A stretch of 64,000 bases of DNA from Dehalococcoidia bacterium (GTDB taxonomy: Bacteria; Chloroflexota; Dehalococcoidia; Bin125). This document shows, piece by piece, positions 9,683 through 22,127 of the stretch. The DNA lies in NCBI GenBank assembly GCA_965217625.1, contig OZ244557.1, positions 1,799,305-1,863,304 on the forward strand, read 5' to 3'. The notes under the pieces were generated by a model, which saw nothing but the letters and a program-made list of their open reading frames with translations, made no database searches and had not been told where the DNA came from. Position 1 is the first letter of the stretch; every line of letters starts with the position of its first letter. The position numbers and the translations under genes are program-made.

Positions 9683-10050
9683 CAGATCACCTCCGGGGCG
9701 AGCGAGACGATGCGCATGTAGTTCTTCTCGCGCAGTTCGCGGGCCACGGGCCCGAAGATGCGCGTGCCCTTGGGGTTGGTGGCATCGGTGAGGATGACGG
9801 CGGCGTTGTCGTCGAACTTGATGTAGGAGCCGTCGGACCGCCGGTAGCCCTTGGCGGTGCGCACGACGACGGCGCGCACGACATCGCCCTTCTTCACCTC
9901 GCGGCCCGGATCGGCCTGCTTGACCGTCGCGACGATGACGTCGCCCACGCTGGCATAGCGCCGGCCGGTGCCGCCGAGCACACGGATGCAAGAGATCTTG
10001 CGGGCGCCGGAGTTGTCGGCAACGACGAGGCGACTCTCCTGCTGGATCAT
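9682..10050 (-). CDS. rplN: 50S ribosomal protein L14
   Basis: Reads [27 protein letters not shown] and ends ...SLAPEVI. ATG at 10048-10050. Confidence 0.95.
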   Translation of the reverse strand: MIQQESRLVVADNSGARKISCIRVLGGTGRRYASVGDVIVATVKQADPGREVKKGDVVRAVVVRTAKGYRRSDGSYIKFDDNAAVILTDATNPKGTRIFGPVARELREKNYMRIVSLAPEVI

Positions 10051-10693
10051 GACTCCGTCTCGGCTTCTGGTGCTGCGTCGGTGGTGGCATCCGCGGTCGT
10101 CTCCGCGGCCGTTTCCGCAGTGGCTTCCGCAGTGGCTTCCGCGGTCGCGTCGGACGGCGGCGACTCCGCATCCTCCGGGGCCGACTCGGGCGTGGCGTCG
10201 GCGCTGACCTCCGCGTCCGGCGGCGCTTCGGCGGCTGCGGCGGCTTCCGCGGCCGGCGTTTCGTCCGGGAGCCTCAGCGGCCGGCGGCTCCGGTTCGTCC
10301 TGGGTTTCCGGCGCTTCGGGCTTCGGGCTCCTCCGAGGCCGCAGCCTCGGGCTCGTCCGGGGCTTCCGGCTCGTCTGGCGCTTCGGGCTGCTCGGGGGCG
10401 TCGGCCTCCGGTTCGTCCAGTGCTTCCGGCTCTTCCTGTGCTTCCGGCGCCTCGGGTTCTTCCGGCTGTTCCGGTTCTTCCGCGGCTGGCGCCTCCGATG
10501 CCTCAGCGGGGGGCTCCGCCGGCGTGTCGGCGGGCGTTTCGTCCGTCGCCTCGGCCGTCGTGTCGGCGGGCACCTCCGGCGCCTCTTCGGCGGCGGGGGC
10601 GTCGGCGACCTCAGCCGCGGGAACCTCAGCCGCGGGGGCGTCGGCCGACGCTTCCTCGGCCACTGGGGCCTCGGGGGCCGACGGCGGGTCCAC
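10047..10693 (-). other. Acidic Pro/Glu/Ala/Asp low-complexity coding-like tract between rpsQ and rplN, split over three reading frames
   Basis: Track ORF 10274-10693 reads ...APEAPVAEE...[19 protein letters not shown].... The acidic reading continues in a second frame near 10265-10320. It then runs in the rpsQ frame from about 10265 to a TGA at 10047-10049, which overlaps the rplN ATG. Confidence 0.5.
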
Positions 10694-11009
10694 CGCGGGG
10701 GCGGCGGGCGGCCGGGGCCTCGTCGACGGAGGGCGCCTGGATATCGCGGGGCTGGAGCTCGGCGACCTCGTGGTGGGCCAGGATCTCGACGACGCGCCAC
10801 TGCTTGTGCCGCGAGAGGGGCCGGCACTCTTCGATCAGGACCTGGTCGCCGAGTTCGCAGACGTTGGTCTCGTCGTGCGCCTGGAACTGCTTGCGCCGTC
10901 GCAGCACCTTCTTGTAGCGCCGATGCGTGACGGTGCGTTCCACGCGCACGACGACGGTCTTGTCCATCTTGTCGCTCACGACGACGCCGGTGCGCTGCTT
11001 GCGTGCCAT
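10626..11009 (-). CDS. rpsQ: 30S ribosomal protein S17 (as it reads; the C-terminal end is uncertain)
   Basis: [35 protein letters not shown]...VVEI is canonical S17. After the core, the frame runs into the low-complexity tract. Confidence 0.88.
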   Translation of the reverse strand: MARKQRTGVVVSDKMDKTVVVRVERTVTHRRYKKVLRRRKQFQAHDETNVCELGDQVLIEECRPLSRHKQWRVVEILAHHEVAELQPRDIQAPSVDEAPAARRPRGGPAVGPRGPSGRGSVGRRPRG

Positions 11010-11011
11010 CG

Positions 11012-11461
11012 CTAGCTCGTCTCCTTCTCGGGGGCGGTCTCGGCGTCGCCGGCGGCGGCGGCGGCGGATGAGGTCAACTCGACATCTTCGACGGCGTCAT
11101 CGACGAGGTCGTCGGCGAAGGCGGCGGGCGGGACCAGCGCGCGGGCGTCCTGGGGCAGCGCGGTCGCGGCCTCCGCGCGCTCGTCCAGCGCGCGCTGGCG
11201 CTGCGGGGAGATCGGGGCGGGCGCGGTCGCGGCCAGCGGCTGCAGCGGCGCGCCGGCGACGATGGCGAGTTCGCGCTCGCGCAGGATCGTCCGCAACCGC
11301 GCGATGCGGCGCCGGGCGCGCCGGATCGCCGTGAGGTCCTGCAGCTGATGCGTGCCCTTCTGGAAGTTCAGGTTGAAGACCTCGCGATAGGCCTCGTTGA
11401 CCGCGCTGGTGAGCGCGGCGTCGTCCATCTGGCGGGCTTCGTCGGCGAGCGGGTTGGGCAT
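11012..11461 (-). CDS. rpmC: 50S ribosomal protein L29 with a roughly 85-aa C-terminal extension
   Basis: The L29 core is [52 protein letters not shown]. The ATG at 11459-11461 lies 3 nt after the rplP stop. Confidence 0.88.
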   Translation of the reverse strand: MPNPLADEARQMDDAALTSAVNEAYREVFNLNFQKGTHQLQDLTAIRRARRRIARLRTILRERELAIVAGAPLQPLAATAPAPISPQRQRALDERAEAATALPQDARALVPPAAFADDLVDDAVEDVELTSSAAAAAGDAETAPEKETS

Positions 11462-11463
11462 GG

Positions 11464-11883
11464 TCAGATGACCTCCATTTCGCGCTGCACGACGCGGGTG
11501 TGCACGGGGAGCTTGTGGGCGGCGAGGCGCAGCGCCTCGCGGGCGTCGAGCTCGGAGACGCCGCCGATCTCGAACAGGATGCGGCCGGGCTTGACGACGG
11601 CGACCCACTTCTCGGGCGCGCCCTTGCCCTTGCCCATGCGCGTTTCGGCCGGCTTCTGGGTGACCGACTTGTCGGGGAAGATGCGGATCCAGACCTTGCC
11701 GCCGCGCTTGACGTGGTGGGTGATCGCGCGACGCGCGGACTCGATCTGGCGGCCGTCGATCCAGGCGGCGTCGAGCGACTGCAGGCCGAAGTCGCCGAAG
11801 GCCACCTGGCTGCCGCCGTGGGCGACGCCGCGGCGGCGGCCGCGATGGTGCTTGCGCCACTTGACGCGCTTGGGTTGCAGCAT
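11464..11883 (-). CDS. rplP: 50S ribosomal protein L16
   Basis: Reads [19 protein letters not shown]...TRMGKGKG. The ATG at 11881-11883 overlaps the rpsC stop as ATGA. Confidence 0.93.
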   Translation of the reverse strand: MLQPKRVKWRKHHRGRRRGVAHGGSQVAFGDFGLQSLDAAWIDGRQIESARRAITHHVKRGGKVWIRIFPDKSVTQKPAETRMGKGKGAPEKWVAVVKPGRILFEIGGVSELDAREALRLAAHKLPVHTRVVQREMEVI

Positions 11884-12623
11884 CAGACGCTCCCCCGGGT
11901 GGCGGCGCCGCTGGGCCGCGCCAGGGGCGACGAGGGCGGCGGCGGCACGGCGTGCGCCGGGCCGGTGACCTCGCGCGCCTCGGGCTTGTTGGCGGCGGCG
12001 GGCAGGATGTCGCCCTTGTAGATCCAGCACTTGACGCCGATGCGCCCGAAGACCGTATGCGCCTCGACAAAGCCGTAGTCGATGTCGGCGCGGATCGTGT
12101 GCAGGGGGACGCGGCCGTCCATCTCGCCGGCGCTGCGCGACATCTCGGCGCCGCCCAGACGGCCGCTGATGTGAATCTTGACGCCCTCGGCGCCCCGCTG
12201 GCGGGTGCGCAGCACGGCCTGCTTGATGGCCCGGCGGAAGGCGACGCGGCGCTCGAGTTGGTCGGCGACGTTGCGCGCGACGAGGTAGGCGTCGAGTTCC
12301 GGGGTGCGGATCTCCTGGATGTTCACGCGCACGCGCCGGCCGGTGAGCTTCTCGAGGTCGGTGCGGAGTTCGTCGACCTTCTGGCCGCCGCGGCCGATGA
12401 CGATGCCCGGCTTGGCCGTGTGGATGGAGACCGTGAGCTGGCTGATGTTGCGCTCGATCTCGACGCGGGAGATGCCGGCCTCGCCGCGGGCGTCGGCCAG
12501 GAAGTCGCGAATCGCGCGGTCCTCGCGCAGGAGCTTGGCGTAGTCCTGGTCGGCGTACCACTGGCTGCGCCAGGTGTAGATGGTGCCGATGCGGAAGCTG
12601 GTGGGATGCACCTTGTGGCCCAT
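11883..12623 (-). CDS. rpsC: 30S ribosomal protein S3
   Basis: Reads [24 protein letters not shown], with KH and S3-C domains. Confidence 0.95.
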   Translation of the reverse strand: MGHKVHPTSFRIGTIYTWRSQWYADQDYAKLLREDRAIRDFLADARGEAGISRVEIERNISQLTVSIHTAKPGIVIGRGGQKVDELRTDLEKLTGRRVRVNIQEIRTPELDAYLVARNVADQLERRVAFRRAIKQAVLRTRQRGAEGVKIHISGRLGGAEMSRSAGEMDGRVPLHTIRADIDYGFVEAHTVFGRIGVKCWIYKGDILPAAANKPEAREVTGPAHAVPPPPSSPLARPSGAATRGSV

Positions 12624-12626
12624 GGG

Positions 12627-12965
12627 CTACTCCTGCTCGTCCGTGACGATGACGGTGATGTGGCACGTGCGCTTGAGCAGCGGCTGCACGCGGCCGCGCG
12701 CGGCGGCCCGGAAGCGATGCAAGGTGCGGGCGTCACCGGCGTAGATCTGCGCGATGCGCAGGTCGCCGGCGGCGAGGTCGTAGTTGCTCTCCGCGTTGGC
12801 GGCGGCCGACTCGACGACCTTGGCGACCTGCTTCGCGCCCGGCTTGGGGGTGAAGCGCAGCGTCGTGAGGGCGGCCTCGACGGGCATGCCGCGCAGCCCC
12901 TGCAGGATCATGCGGGCCTTGCGGGGCGACATGCGGACGTACTTGGCGGTCGCGCGGACTTGCAT
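12627..12965 (-). CDS. rplV: 50S ribosomal protein L22
   Basis: Reads [21 protein letters not shown]...KRTCHITV. Confidence 0.93.
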   Translation of the reverse strand: MQVRATAKYVRMSPRKARMILQGLRGMPVEAALTTLRFTPKPGAKQVAKVVESAAANAESNYDLAAGDLRIAQIYAGDARTLHRFRAAARGRVQPLLKRTCHITVIVTDEQE

Positions 12966-12968
12966 GAT

Positions 12969-13253
12969 TTATCGCACCCGGGTGCTACGGTCGGAGCGGC
13001 CCACGTGACCCCGGAAGGTGCGCGTGGGGGCGAACTCGCCGAGCTTGTGGCCGACCATGTTCTCGGAGACGAAGACGGGGATGTGGCGGCGGCCGTCGTG
13101 GACGCCGATCGTCATGCCCACCATCTCGGGCGTGATGGTGGAGGCGCGCGCCCAGGTCTGGATGACCGTGCGCTTGCCGGAGACGCGCACCCGCTCGACC
13201 TTCGCCTGCAGGCGATGGTCGATGTAGGGCCCCTTCTTGGTCGATCGGGACAT
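12969..13253 (-). CDS. rpsS: 30S ribosomal protein S19
   Basis: Reads [15 protein letters not shown]...[19 protein letters not shown] at 13251-13253. Confidence 0.93.
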   Translation of the reverse strand: MSRSTKKGPYIDHRLQAKVERVRVSGKRTVIQTWARASTITPEMVGMTIGVHDGRRHIPVFVSENMVGHKLGEFAPTRTFRGHVGRSDRSTRVR

Positions 13254-13261
13254 GGGGTCTC

Positions 13262-14101
13262 CTAACGCCGCTTGCGCCCGCGGCGACGGACGATGTACTT
13301 GTCGGAGGGCTTCTTGCCCCGCGTGCGATAGCCCAGCGTGGGCTTGCCCCAGGGCGTCTTGGGCGAGGGCAGGCCGATGGGCGCCTTGCCTTCGCCGCCG
13401 CCGTGGGGATGGTCGACGGGGTTCATGGCGGAGCCGCGCACCTGTGGGCGCCGGCCGCGATGCCGGGTGCGGCCCGCTTTGCCCAGCTTGATGTTGCCGT
13501 GCTCCACGTTGCCGACCTGGCCGATGGTGGCGTAGCACTCCTGGCGCACGCGGCGCATCTCGCCCGAGGGCAGGCGCAGCAGGACGAAGTCGCCCTCCTT
13601 GGCCATGATCTGGGCGGCGGCCCCGGCGCTGCGCACGATCTGCGCGCCGCGGCCGGGATTCAGCTCGACGCCGTGCACGGCGGTGCCGTTGGGAATGAGA
13701 TTCAGCGGCATGGTGTTGCCGGTGCGGACGGGCGCCTCGGGGCCGGTGTGGATGCGGGCGCCGACGGCCAGGCCCAGCGGCGCGAGGATGTACCGCTTCT
13801 CGCCGTCGGCGTAGAAGATGAGGGCGATGCGGGCGCTGCGGTTGGGGTCGTACTCGATCGCGCGCACGCGGCCTTCGATGCCCACGCGGTCGCGGCGCTT
13901 CCAGTCGATGATGCGGTAGCGCCGCTTGTGGCCGCCGCCGCGATGCCGCACGGTCAGGCGGCCCTGGTTGTTGCGGCCGGCCCTCTTCTTCTGCGGCGCG
14001 AGCAGGCTCTTCTCGGGCCGCTTCTTGGTGATCTCCTCGAACGTGTGTCCCGAGGAGTTGCGGCGGCCGGGCGAGGTGGGCTTGAACTTCTTGAGCGGCA
14101 C
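13262..14101 (-). CDS. rplB: 50S ribosomal protein L2
   Basis: Reads [14 protein letters not shown]...[16 protein letters not shown]. Confidence 0.95.
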   Translation of the reverse strand: MPLKKFKPTSPGRRNSSGHTFEEITKKRPEKSLLAPQKKRAGRNNQGRLTVRHRGGGHKRRYRIIDWKRRDRVGIEGRVRAIEYDPNRSARIALIFYADGEKRYILAPLGLAVGARIHTGPEAPVRTGNTMPLNLIPNGTAVHGVELNPGRGAQIVRSAGAAAQIMAKEGDFVLLRLPSGEMRRVRQECYATIGQVGNVEHGNIKLGKAGRTRHRGRRPQVRGSAMNPVDHPHGGGEGKAPIGLPSPKTPWGKPTLGYRTRGKKPSDKYIVRRRGRKRR

Positions 14102-14102
14102 C

Positions 14103-14399
14103 CTACACCCCCTCGAAGAGTTTGATCTCGTAGCCGTCGGCCAGGGTGACGACCGCCTTCTTCCAGCTCGGCTCGGTGCCGTAGTGGCGGCCGAAGCGGC
14201 GGCGGCGGCCGCGCACGTTCATCGTGTTGACGCGACGCACGACGACGTTGAAGCCGATCTCGACGGCTTCCTTGATCTGCATCTTGTTGGCGCGCGGGTC
14301 GACCTCGAAGACGTACTGCCCCGCGCCGGCGAGCTCGGTCGACTTCTCCGTGATGATCGGCCGTCGCACGACCGAGAAGGGGTGAATGTCCTTGGGCAT
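14103..14399 (-). CDS. rplW: 50S ribosomal protein L23
   Basis: 98 aa, reads [10 protein letters not shown]...[10 protein letters not shown]. Lies between rplD and rplB. Confidence 0.9.
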   Translation of the reverse strand: MPKDIHPFSVVRRPIITEKSTELAGAGQYVFEVDPRANKMQIKEAVEIGFNVVVRRVNTMNVRGRRRRFGRHYGTEPSWKKAVVTLADGYEIKLFEGV

Positions 14400-15080
14400 C
14401 TAGGACTCCTCCTCGTGCGGCGGGGGCGGGGCGGCGGGGGAGCGGCGCGCGGCGCTGCGCTCGCCGCCCCAGAGGGCCTCGGCGCGGCGCAGGGCGGCCT
14501 CGGTCATGACGATGTGGTCATGCGTCAGCAGCGATTCCACGTTGAGCGTGTCCGCGGGGCAGGTGTCCATGGCGCGCAGGTTGCGGATGCCGCGCTTGAG
14601 TGCGTCGTTGCTGCGGCTGGTCACGAGCAGGGCGCTGCGCTGCACGCCCAGATCGGCGAGCAGTTGCTGCACCGCCTGCGTCTTGGGCTCGAAGGCCTCG
14701 CCGTCGAGGACGATGAGGCCACCCTCGGCGGCGCGCTGCGAGAGCATGGAGCGGATCGCCAGGCGGCGCATGCGCCGGGGCATGCGCTGGCGGTAGGAGC
14801 GGGGGTGGGGGCCGTGGGCGACCGCGCCGCCGCGACGCACGGGCGAGGAGGCGCCGCCCTGGCGGGCCCGGCCGGTCCCCTTCTGGCGGCGCGTCTTGCC
14901 GGTGCTGCTGCGGTGGTCGGAGCGATTGAGCGTGCTGGCCGTGCCCCGCCGCCGGTTGGCGAGCTGGGCGACGTGGGCTTGGTGCACGACGGGCAGGTTC
15001 GGCTCGATGCCGAAGACGGCGTCATCGACGTCGATCTGGCGCAACTCCGCACCGCTGCGGTCGACGAGAGAGAGCTTCAT
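14400..15080 (-). CDS. rplD: 50S ribosomal protein L4
   Basis: Contains GKTRRQKGTGRARQGGASSP. Its start overlaps the rplC stop. Confidence 0.92.
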   Translation of the reverse strand: MKLSLVDRSGAELRQIDVDDAVFGIEPNLPVVHQAHVAQLANRRRGTASTLNRSDHRSSTGKTRRQKGTGRARQGGASSPVRRGGAVAHGPHPRSYRQRMPRRMRRLAIRSMLSQRAAEGGLIVLDGEAFEPKTQAVQQLLADLGVQRSALLVTSRSNDALKRGIRNLRAMDTCPADTLNVESLLTHDHIVMTEAALRRAEALWGGERSAARRSPAAPPPPHEEES

Positions 15081-15724
15081 GCCCGGCTCCGTGACTGGCG
15101 ATTGGTCTGGCGGATGCGCACAAGGCCGTCGGTCGCGCCGGGGACGGAGCCGTTGACGAAGACGAGGCCGCGCTCGGGCTGCACGCGCACGACTTCGAGG
15201 TTGATCGTGGAGGCCGTCTTGCCGCCCATGCGGCCCGCCATGCGGGTGCCCTTGAGGACCCGGCCCGGCGTGGAGCCGGCGCCGATCGAGCCGGGCGAGC
15301 GGTGGCGGTCGCTCTGGCCGTGCGTCTTGGGGCCGCCGGCGAAGTGATGGCGCTTGACGCCGCCCTGGAAGCCCTTGCCCTTGCCGATGCCCTGCACGTC
15401 GACGCGGTCGCCGACGTGGAAGACCTCATCGGCGGTGAGCGTCTGGCCGACGCTGAGCGCGTCGTAGTCGTCGGCGGGGAACTCCGCCAGGTGCTTGAGG
15501 GCGCCGTTGGAGCGGGTGTGTCCGCGCTCGGCCTTGGTGACCTTCCACTCGGGCATGGGGCCGAAGCCGACCTGCACGGCGGCGTAGCCGTCGCGCTCGG
15601 GGGTGCGGATCTGGGTGATGGGACAGGGGCCGACTTCCAGCACCGTGCAGCCGGCGACGCGGCCATCCTCCTGGATGACCTGCACCATGCCGCGCTTTTT
15701 GCCGAGGAGTCCCAGCACCGCCAC
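15077..15724 (-). CDS. rplC: 50S ribosomal protein L3
   Basis: Core is [13 protein letters not shown]...[14 protein letters not shown] chose the in-frame GTG at 15722-15724, just before LGLLGKK, with AAGGGACGGGGA upstream. The track start at 15913 is unlikely. Confidence 0.85.
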   Translation of the reverse strand: MAVLGLLGKKRGMVQVIQEDGRVAGCTVLEVGPCPITQIRTPERDGYAAVQVGFGPMPEWKVTKAERGHTRSNGALKHLAEFPADDYDALSVGQTLTADEVFHVGDRVDVQGIGKGKGFQGGVKRHHFAGGPKTHGQSDRHRSPGSIGAGSTPGRVLKGTRMAGRMGGKTASTINLEVVRVQPERGLVFVNGSVPGATDGLVRIRQTNRQSRSRA

Positions 15725-15797
15725 GATTATCCGTCCCCGTCCCTTCTGCTCTTGTTTCTTCGCTGCGCCGGTTCTGGGCGCGGGCGTCTTGGCCGGC

Positions 15798-16106
15798 CTA
15801 CAGCTTGATCTCGATGTCGACGCCGCTGGGCAGCTGGAGCCGCATGAGCGTGTCCACCGTGCGACCGGTGGGCTCCAGGATGTCGATGAGGCGCTTGTGG
15901 GTGCGAATCTCAAACTGCTCGCGGCCGTCCTTGTGGACGAACGGCGAGCGGATCACGGTGTACTTGTTGATGTCGGTGGGCAGCGGGATCGGCCCCGCGA
16001 CGGCCGCGCCGGTCTTCTCCGCGGACTCCACGATCTGCGCGGCGCTCTCGTCGAGCACGCGGTGGTCGTAAGCCTTGAGTCGGATGCGGATTTTCTGACG
16101 CGCCAT
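15798..16106 (-). CDS. rpsJ: 30S ribosomal protein S10
   Basis: Reads [27 protein letters not shown]...VDIEIKL. ATG at 16104-16106. Confidence 0.95.
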   Translation of the reverse strand: MARQKIRIRLKAYDHRVLDESAAQIVESAEKTGAAVAGPIPLPTDINKYTVIRSPFVHKDGREQFEIRTHKRLIDILEPTGRTVDTLMRLQLPSGVDIEIKL

Positions 16107-16113
16107 GCGACGG

Positions 16114-17313
<1,200 letters not shown>

Positions 17314-17364
17314 GGGATTCCTTCCTGCGTTCCTGACCGGCGGCGCTCGCGGCGCCCCGGCACT

Positions 17365-19428
<2,064 letters not shown>

Positions 19429-19440
19429 GGGGCAGCGGTC

Positions 19441-19911
19441 CTACCAGCGGTAATGCACGAAAGCGCGGTTCGCCTCGGCCATCCGGTGGGTGTCGTCACG
19501 ACGCTTGACGGCCGTGCCTTGGTTCTCGGAAGCGTCCATCAGCTCTTGCGCCAGGCGCTCGGCCATGGAGCGGCCGCCGCGCGCGCGCGCGGCGGTCAGG
19601 ATCCAGCGCACCGCCAGCGCGGCGCGGCGGTCGGCGCGGATCTCGACGGGCACCTGGTAGGTCGCGCCGCCGACGCGGCGGGGCTTGACTTCCATCTGCG
19701 GCGTGACGTTGCGCATCGCCTGCTGGAAGACGTCGATGCCGTCGCGGCGGGTGCGCTCTTCGATGTGCGCCAGCGCGCCGTAGACGATGCGCTCGGCGGC
19801 GCCCTTCTTGCCGTTCATCATCACCTTGTTGATGAACTGCTGCAGGACGTGGCTGTTATAGCGCGGATCAGGCGGGATCTTGTGCCGCTCGGGCCGATTC
19901 CGGCGTGGCAT
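19441..19911 (-). CDS. rpsG: 30S ribosomal protein S7
   Basis: Reads [18 protein letters not shown] and ends ...[10 protein letters not shown]. Confidence 0.95.
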   Translation of the reverse strand: MPRRNRPERHKIPPDPRYNSHVLQQFINKVMMNGKKGAAERIVYGALAHIEERTRRDGIDVFQQAMRNVTPQMEVKPRRVGGATYQVPVEIRADRRAALAVRWILTAARARGGRSMAERLAQELMDASENQGTAVKRRDDTHRMAEANRAFVHYRW

Positions 19912-19933
19912 ATCGCTCGCAATCCTTCGCTGA

Positions 19934-20371
19934 TCAGGCCGGCGCGGCCGTGGTGGGCCCGCCGGTGCGACGGGTGCCGTACTTCGAGCGGCCGCGCTTG
20001 CGGTCGCCGACGCCCTGGGCGTCGAGCGCGCCGCGGATGACGTGGTAGCGCACCCCCGGCAGATCCTTCACGCGCCCGCCGCGGATGAGCACCACCGAGT
20101 GCTCCTGCAGCGTGTGCCCCTCGCCGGGGATGTAGGCCGTGACCTCGATGCCGTTGGTCAGCCGCACGCGACAGACCTTGCGCAGGGCGGAGTTGGGCTT
20201 CTTGGGCGTCATCGTGCGGACGGCCGTGCAGACGCCGCGCATCTGGGGAGAGCCGCGCCCCTCGCGGGTGCGGTTAGTCAGCGAGTTATGCATGAACCGC
20301 AGCGCGGGCGCTTTGGTCTTCTTGACGGTCTTCTTGCGACCGCGGCGCACCAACTGATTGACTGTGGGCAC
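19934..20371 (-). CDS. rpsL: 30S ribosomal protein S12
   Basis: Reads (V)[13 protein letters not shown]...[19 protein letters not shown] chose the GTG at 20369-20371, immediately before PTVNQL. The track ORF starts 9 codons earlier. Confidence 0.92.
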   Translation of the reverse strand: MPTVNQLVRRGRKKTVKKTKAPALRFMHNSLTNRTREGRGSPQMRGVCTAVRTMTPKKPNSALRKVCRVRLTNGIEVTAYIPGEGHTLQEHSVVLIRGGRVKDLPGVRYHVIRGALDAQGVGDRKRGRSKYGTRRTGGPTTAAPA

Positions 20372-20604
20372 GAGCCCCGCCCTTCGCTTGGCCTGCACGC
20401 TTCGTCCACGCGCTTCGTGCGCCGCGGACCCCCGCCGTCCCGATCGGGGCCGGCATGGCCGGGCAATCCCCGGCGCCCTCTCCGGAGCAATCAGAAAGGG
20501 CCCAGGCCGTCCGATAGAACCCTTCCGGCACCACGTGCCGGCGGTTGTCTCCGGTTTCGGCCTCGACCCGTACGGGGGACGTGAACCTCGGCGTACAGCA
20601 GCAC

Positions 20605-20634
20605 AGCCTACGGACGCCGGATCGCCGCTGTCAA
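20605..20634 (-). promoter_or_regulatory. Candidate sigma-70-type promoter of the str/S10 superoperon
   Basis: The minus strand reads TTGACA (20629-20634), an 18-nt spacer, then TAGGCT (20605-20610). It lies about 230 nt upstream of rpsL, and the leader contains a CCGGCAC...GTGCCGG hairpin. Motif match only. Confidence 0.3.
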
Positions 20635-20692
20635 GGGAGGCAGCGGGCGATCGCGGGGCAGTTTACGCGCGGCGGGCTCACCGCGTCGCCGC

Positions 20693-22093
20693 TCAATCGG
20701 CCGCGGCGGCGTCCCCGGCGGTGAGTTCCGGCGCGGCGGCGGCGCGGACGCTGTGATCGATCGGCTCCACGATGTCGATGCGCTTGGCGCCCGACGCCGC
20801 CGGGCCGAGCTCCTCAAACCGCCGGGCGCGAACCAGCACCCGCCCTTCGAGCGAGCCCACGCTGTCGTTGTAGGCGCTCAGGGCCTGCTGGAGCCCCTTG
20901 CCCACGCGCCCCACGTGGCCGGCGTAGACCTGCAGGCTCTCGTACAGCCGCCGCGCCTCGTCCGAGATCTGCTGGGCGTTCTCCTGCATGTCCTGCCGCT
21001 GCCAGGCCAGCGCCACGGTGCGCAGGAACGCCACCAGCAGCCCCGGCGTCGCGATCAGCACGTGGTGCTTCTGCCAGGCGTCCTCCCACAGCGACGGCTG
21101 GACCTCCATGGCCGCCTCCAGGATCGCCTCCGTGGGCAGGAACATGACGACGAAGTCGGGCGAGACGGCCACCGTCGCCGTGTAGTCCTTGTCGCCCAAC
21201 TCCTTGACCCGATCGCCCAGCGACTTCGCGTGCCGCTGCAGCAGTTCCCGCTGCTGCTGCTCGTCGGCCGCGTTGTGCGCGTCGAGGTAGGAGCTGAGCG
21301 GCGTCTTGGCGTCGATCACGACGTGCACGCCGCCGGGGATGCGCACCACCGCGTCGGGCCGCCGCCGCGCCCCGTCATCGTCCGCCGCCGTCGTGACCTG
21401 CTCGTCGAAGTCGATGCCCGGGCGCAGGCCCGACAGCTGCAGGATGTTGCGCAGCTGCTGCTCGCCCCACTGCCCGCGAATCTGCGGCGAGCGCAGCGCC
21501 TCGCTGAGGCTGCCCGTCACCTCCTGCAGCCGGCCGATCTGCACCTTCAGGCCGGCGTAGGCGCCCTCGCGCTTCTGCTCGATGTCGTTGACCTGCTTCT
21601 CGAACTTGTCCAGGTGGTCGCGGACCGGCTTGACCAGCGCCGCGACGGCCTGCTGGCGCTTCTCCAGCTCCGCGTCGCTGACCTGCAGCTGCTGGGCGAA
21701 GTGCGCCGTGGTCTGGACGCGCAGCGCCTCGCTGTTGGCCTTCAGCACGCCCGCCGCGAGGCCCTTGAAGTGCGTGTCGATCTGCGCCTGGGCCTTGGCC
21801 AGCTCCTCGTTGCGAGCGATGTGGTCGGCCCGCACCTGCGCGAGCTCGACGCGGGCCTGCTGGCCCGCCGCCTGGGCCGCATCGCGGTCGCGGCGGGCCG
21901 CGTCGCGGTCGGCCCGGACCTCGTCGAGCTGGCGGTCGCGCTCGGCGATCTGGGCGCTGAGCCCCGCGATGCGCTCGCCCGGCCGCTCCCCGTCGGCCCG
22001 CACCGCCCGCCGCGCCAGGTACGCCGTCGCCAGCACGCCGATCAGCGCCACCAGCCCCACGAGGACGAGTGCGATCTCCATGGTCGGCAGCAT
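20693..22093 (-). CDS. rmuC: DNA recombination protein RmuC
   Basis: N-terminal TM helix MEIALVLVGLVALIGVLA, a long coiled coil, then the RmuC nuclease-like block PDAVVRIPGGVHVVIDAKTPL...DFVVMFLPTEA. Start is the ATG at 22093 or 22081. Confidence 0.88.
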   Translation of the reverse strand: MLPTMEIALVLVGLVALIGVLATAYLARRAVRADGERPGERIAGLSAQIAERDRQLDEVRADRDAARRDRDAAQAAGQQARVELAQVRADHIARNEELAKAQAQIDTHFKGLAAGVLKANSEALRVQTTAHFAQQLQVSDAELEKRQQAVAALVKPVRDHLDKFEKQVNDIEQKREGAYAGLKVQIGRLQEVTGSLSEALRSPQIRGQWGEQQLRNILQLSGLRPGIDFDEQVTTAADDDGARRRPDAVVRIPGGVHVVIDAKTPLSSYLDAHNAADEQQQRELLQRHAKSLGDRVKELGDKDYTATVAVSPDFVVMFLPTEAILEAAMEVQPSLWEDAWQKHHVLIATPGLLVAFLRTVALAWQRQDMQENAQQISDEARRLYESLQVYAGHVGRVGKGLQQALSAYNDSVGSLEGRVLVRARRFEELGPAASGAKRIDIVEPIDHSVRAAAAPELTAGDAAAAD

Positions 22094-22127
22094 AGGGGGT
22101 GGGGTCGGGGGTCGGGGGGTCGGGGGG

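Noticed and set aside
10274-10693. Treating track ORF 10274-10693 as an independent 139-aa acidic protein gene
   Set aside because: Its start is only a GTG inside the S17 reading frame, with no ribosome-binding site. Its acidic reading continues into other frames on both sides. It is better explained as part of a frameshifted S17 tail (see findings), although a separate ORF cannot be excluded.
20693-22093. rmuC as part of the defence islet
   Set aside because: It shares orientation with the MTase-HNH gene and lies 34 nt from it. Its composition matches the GC-rich core genome, however, and RmuC is a widespread housekeeping recombination protein. A functional link is speculation only.
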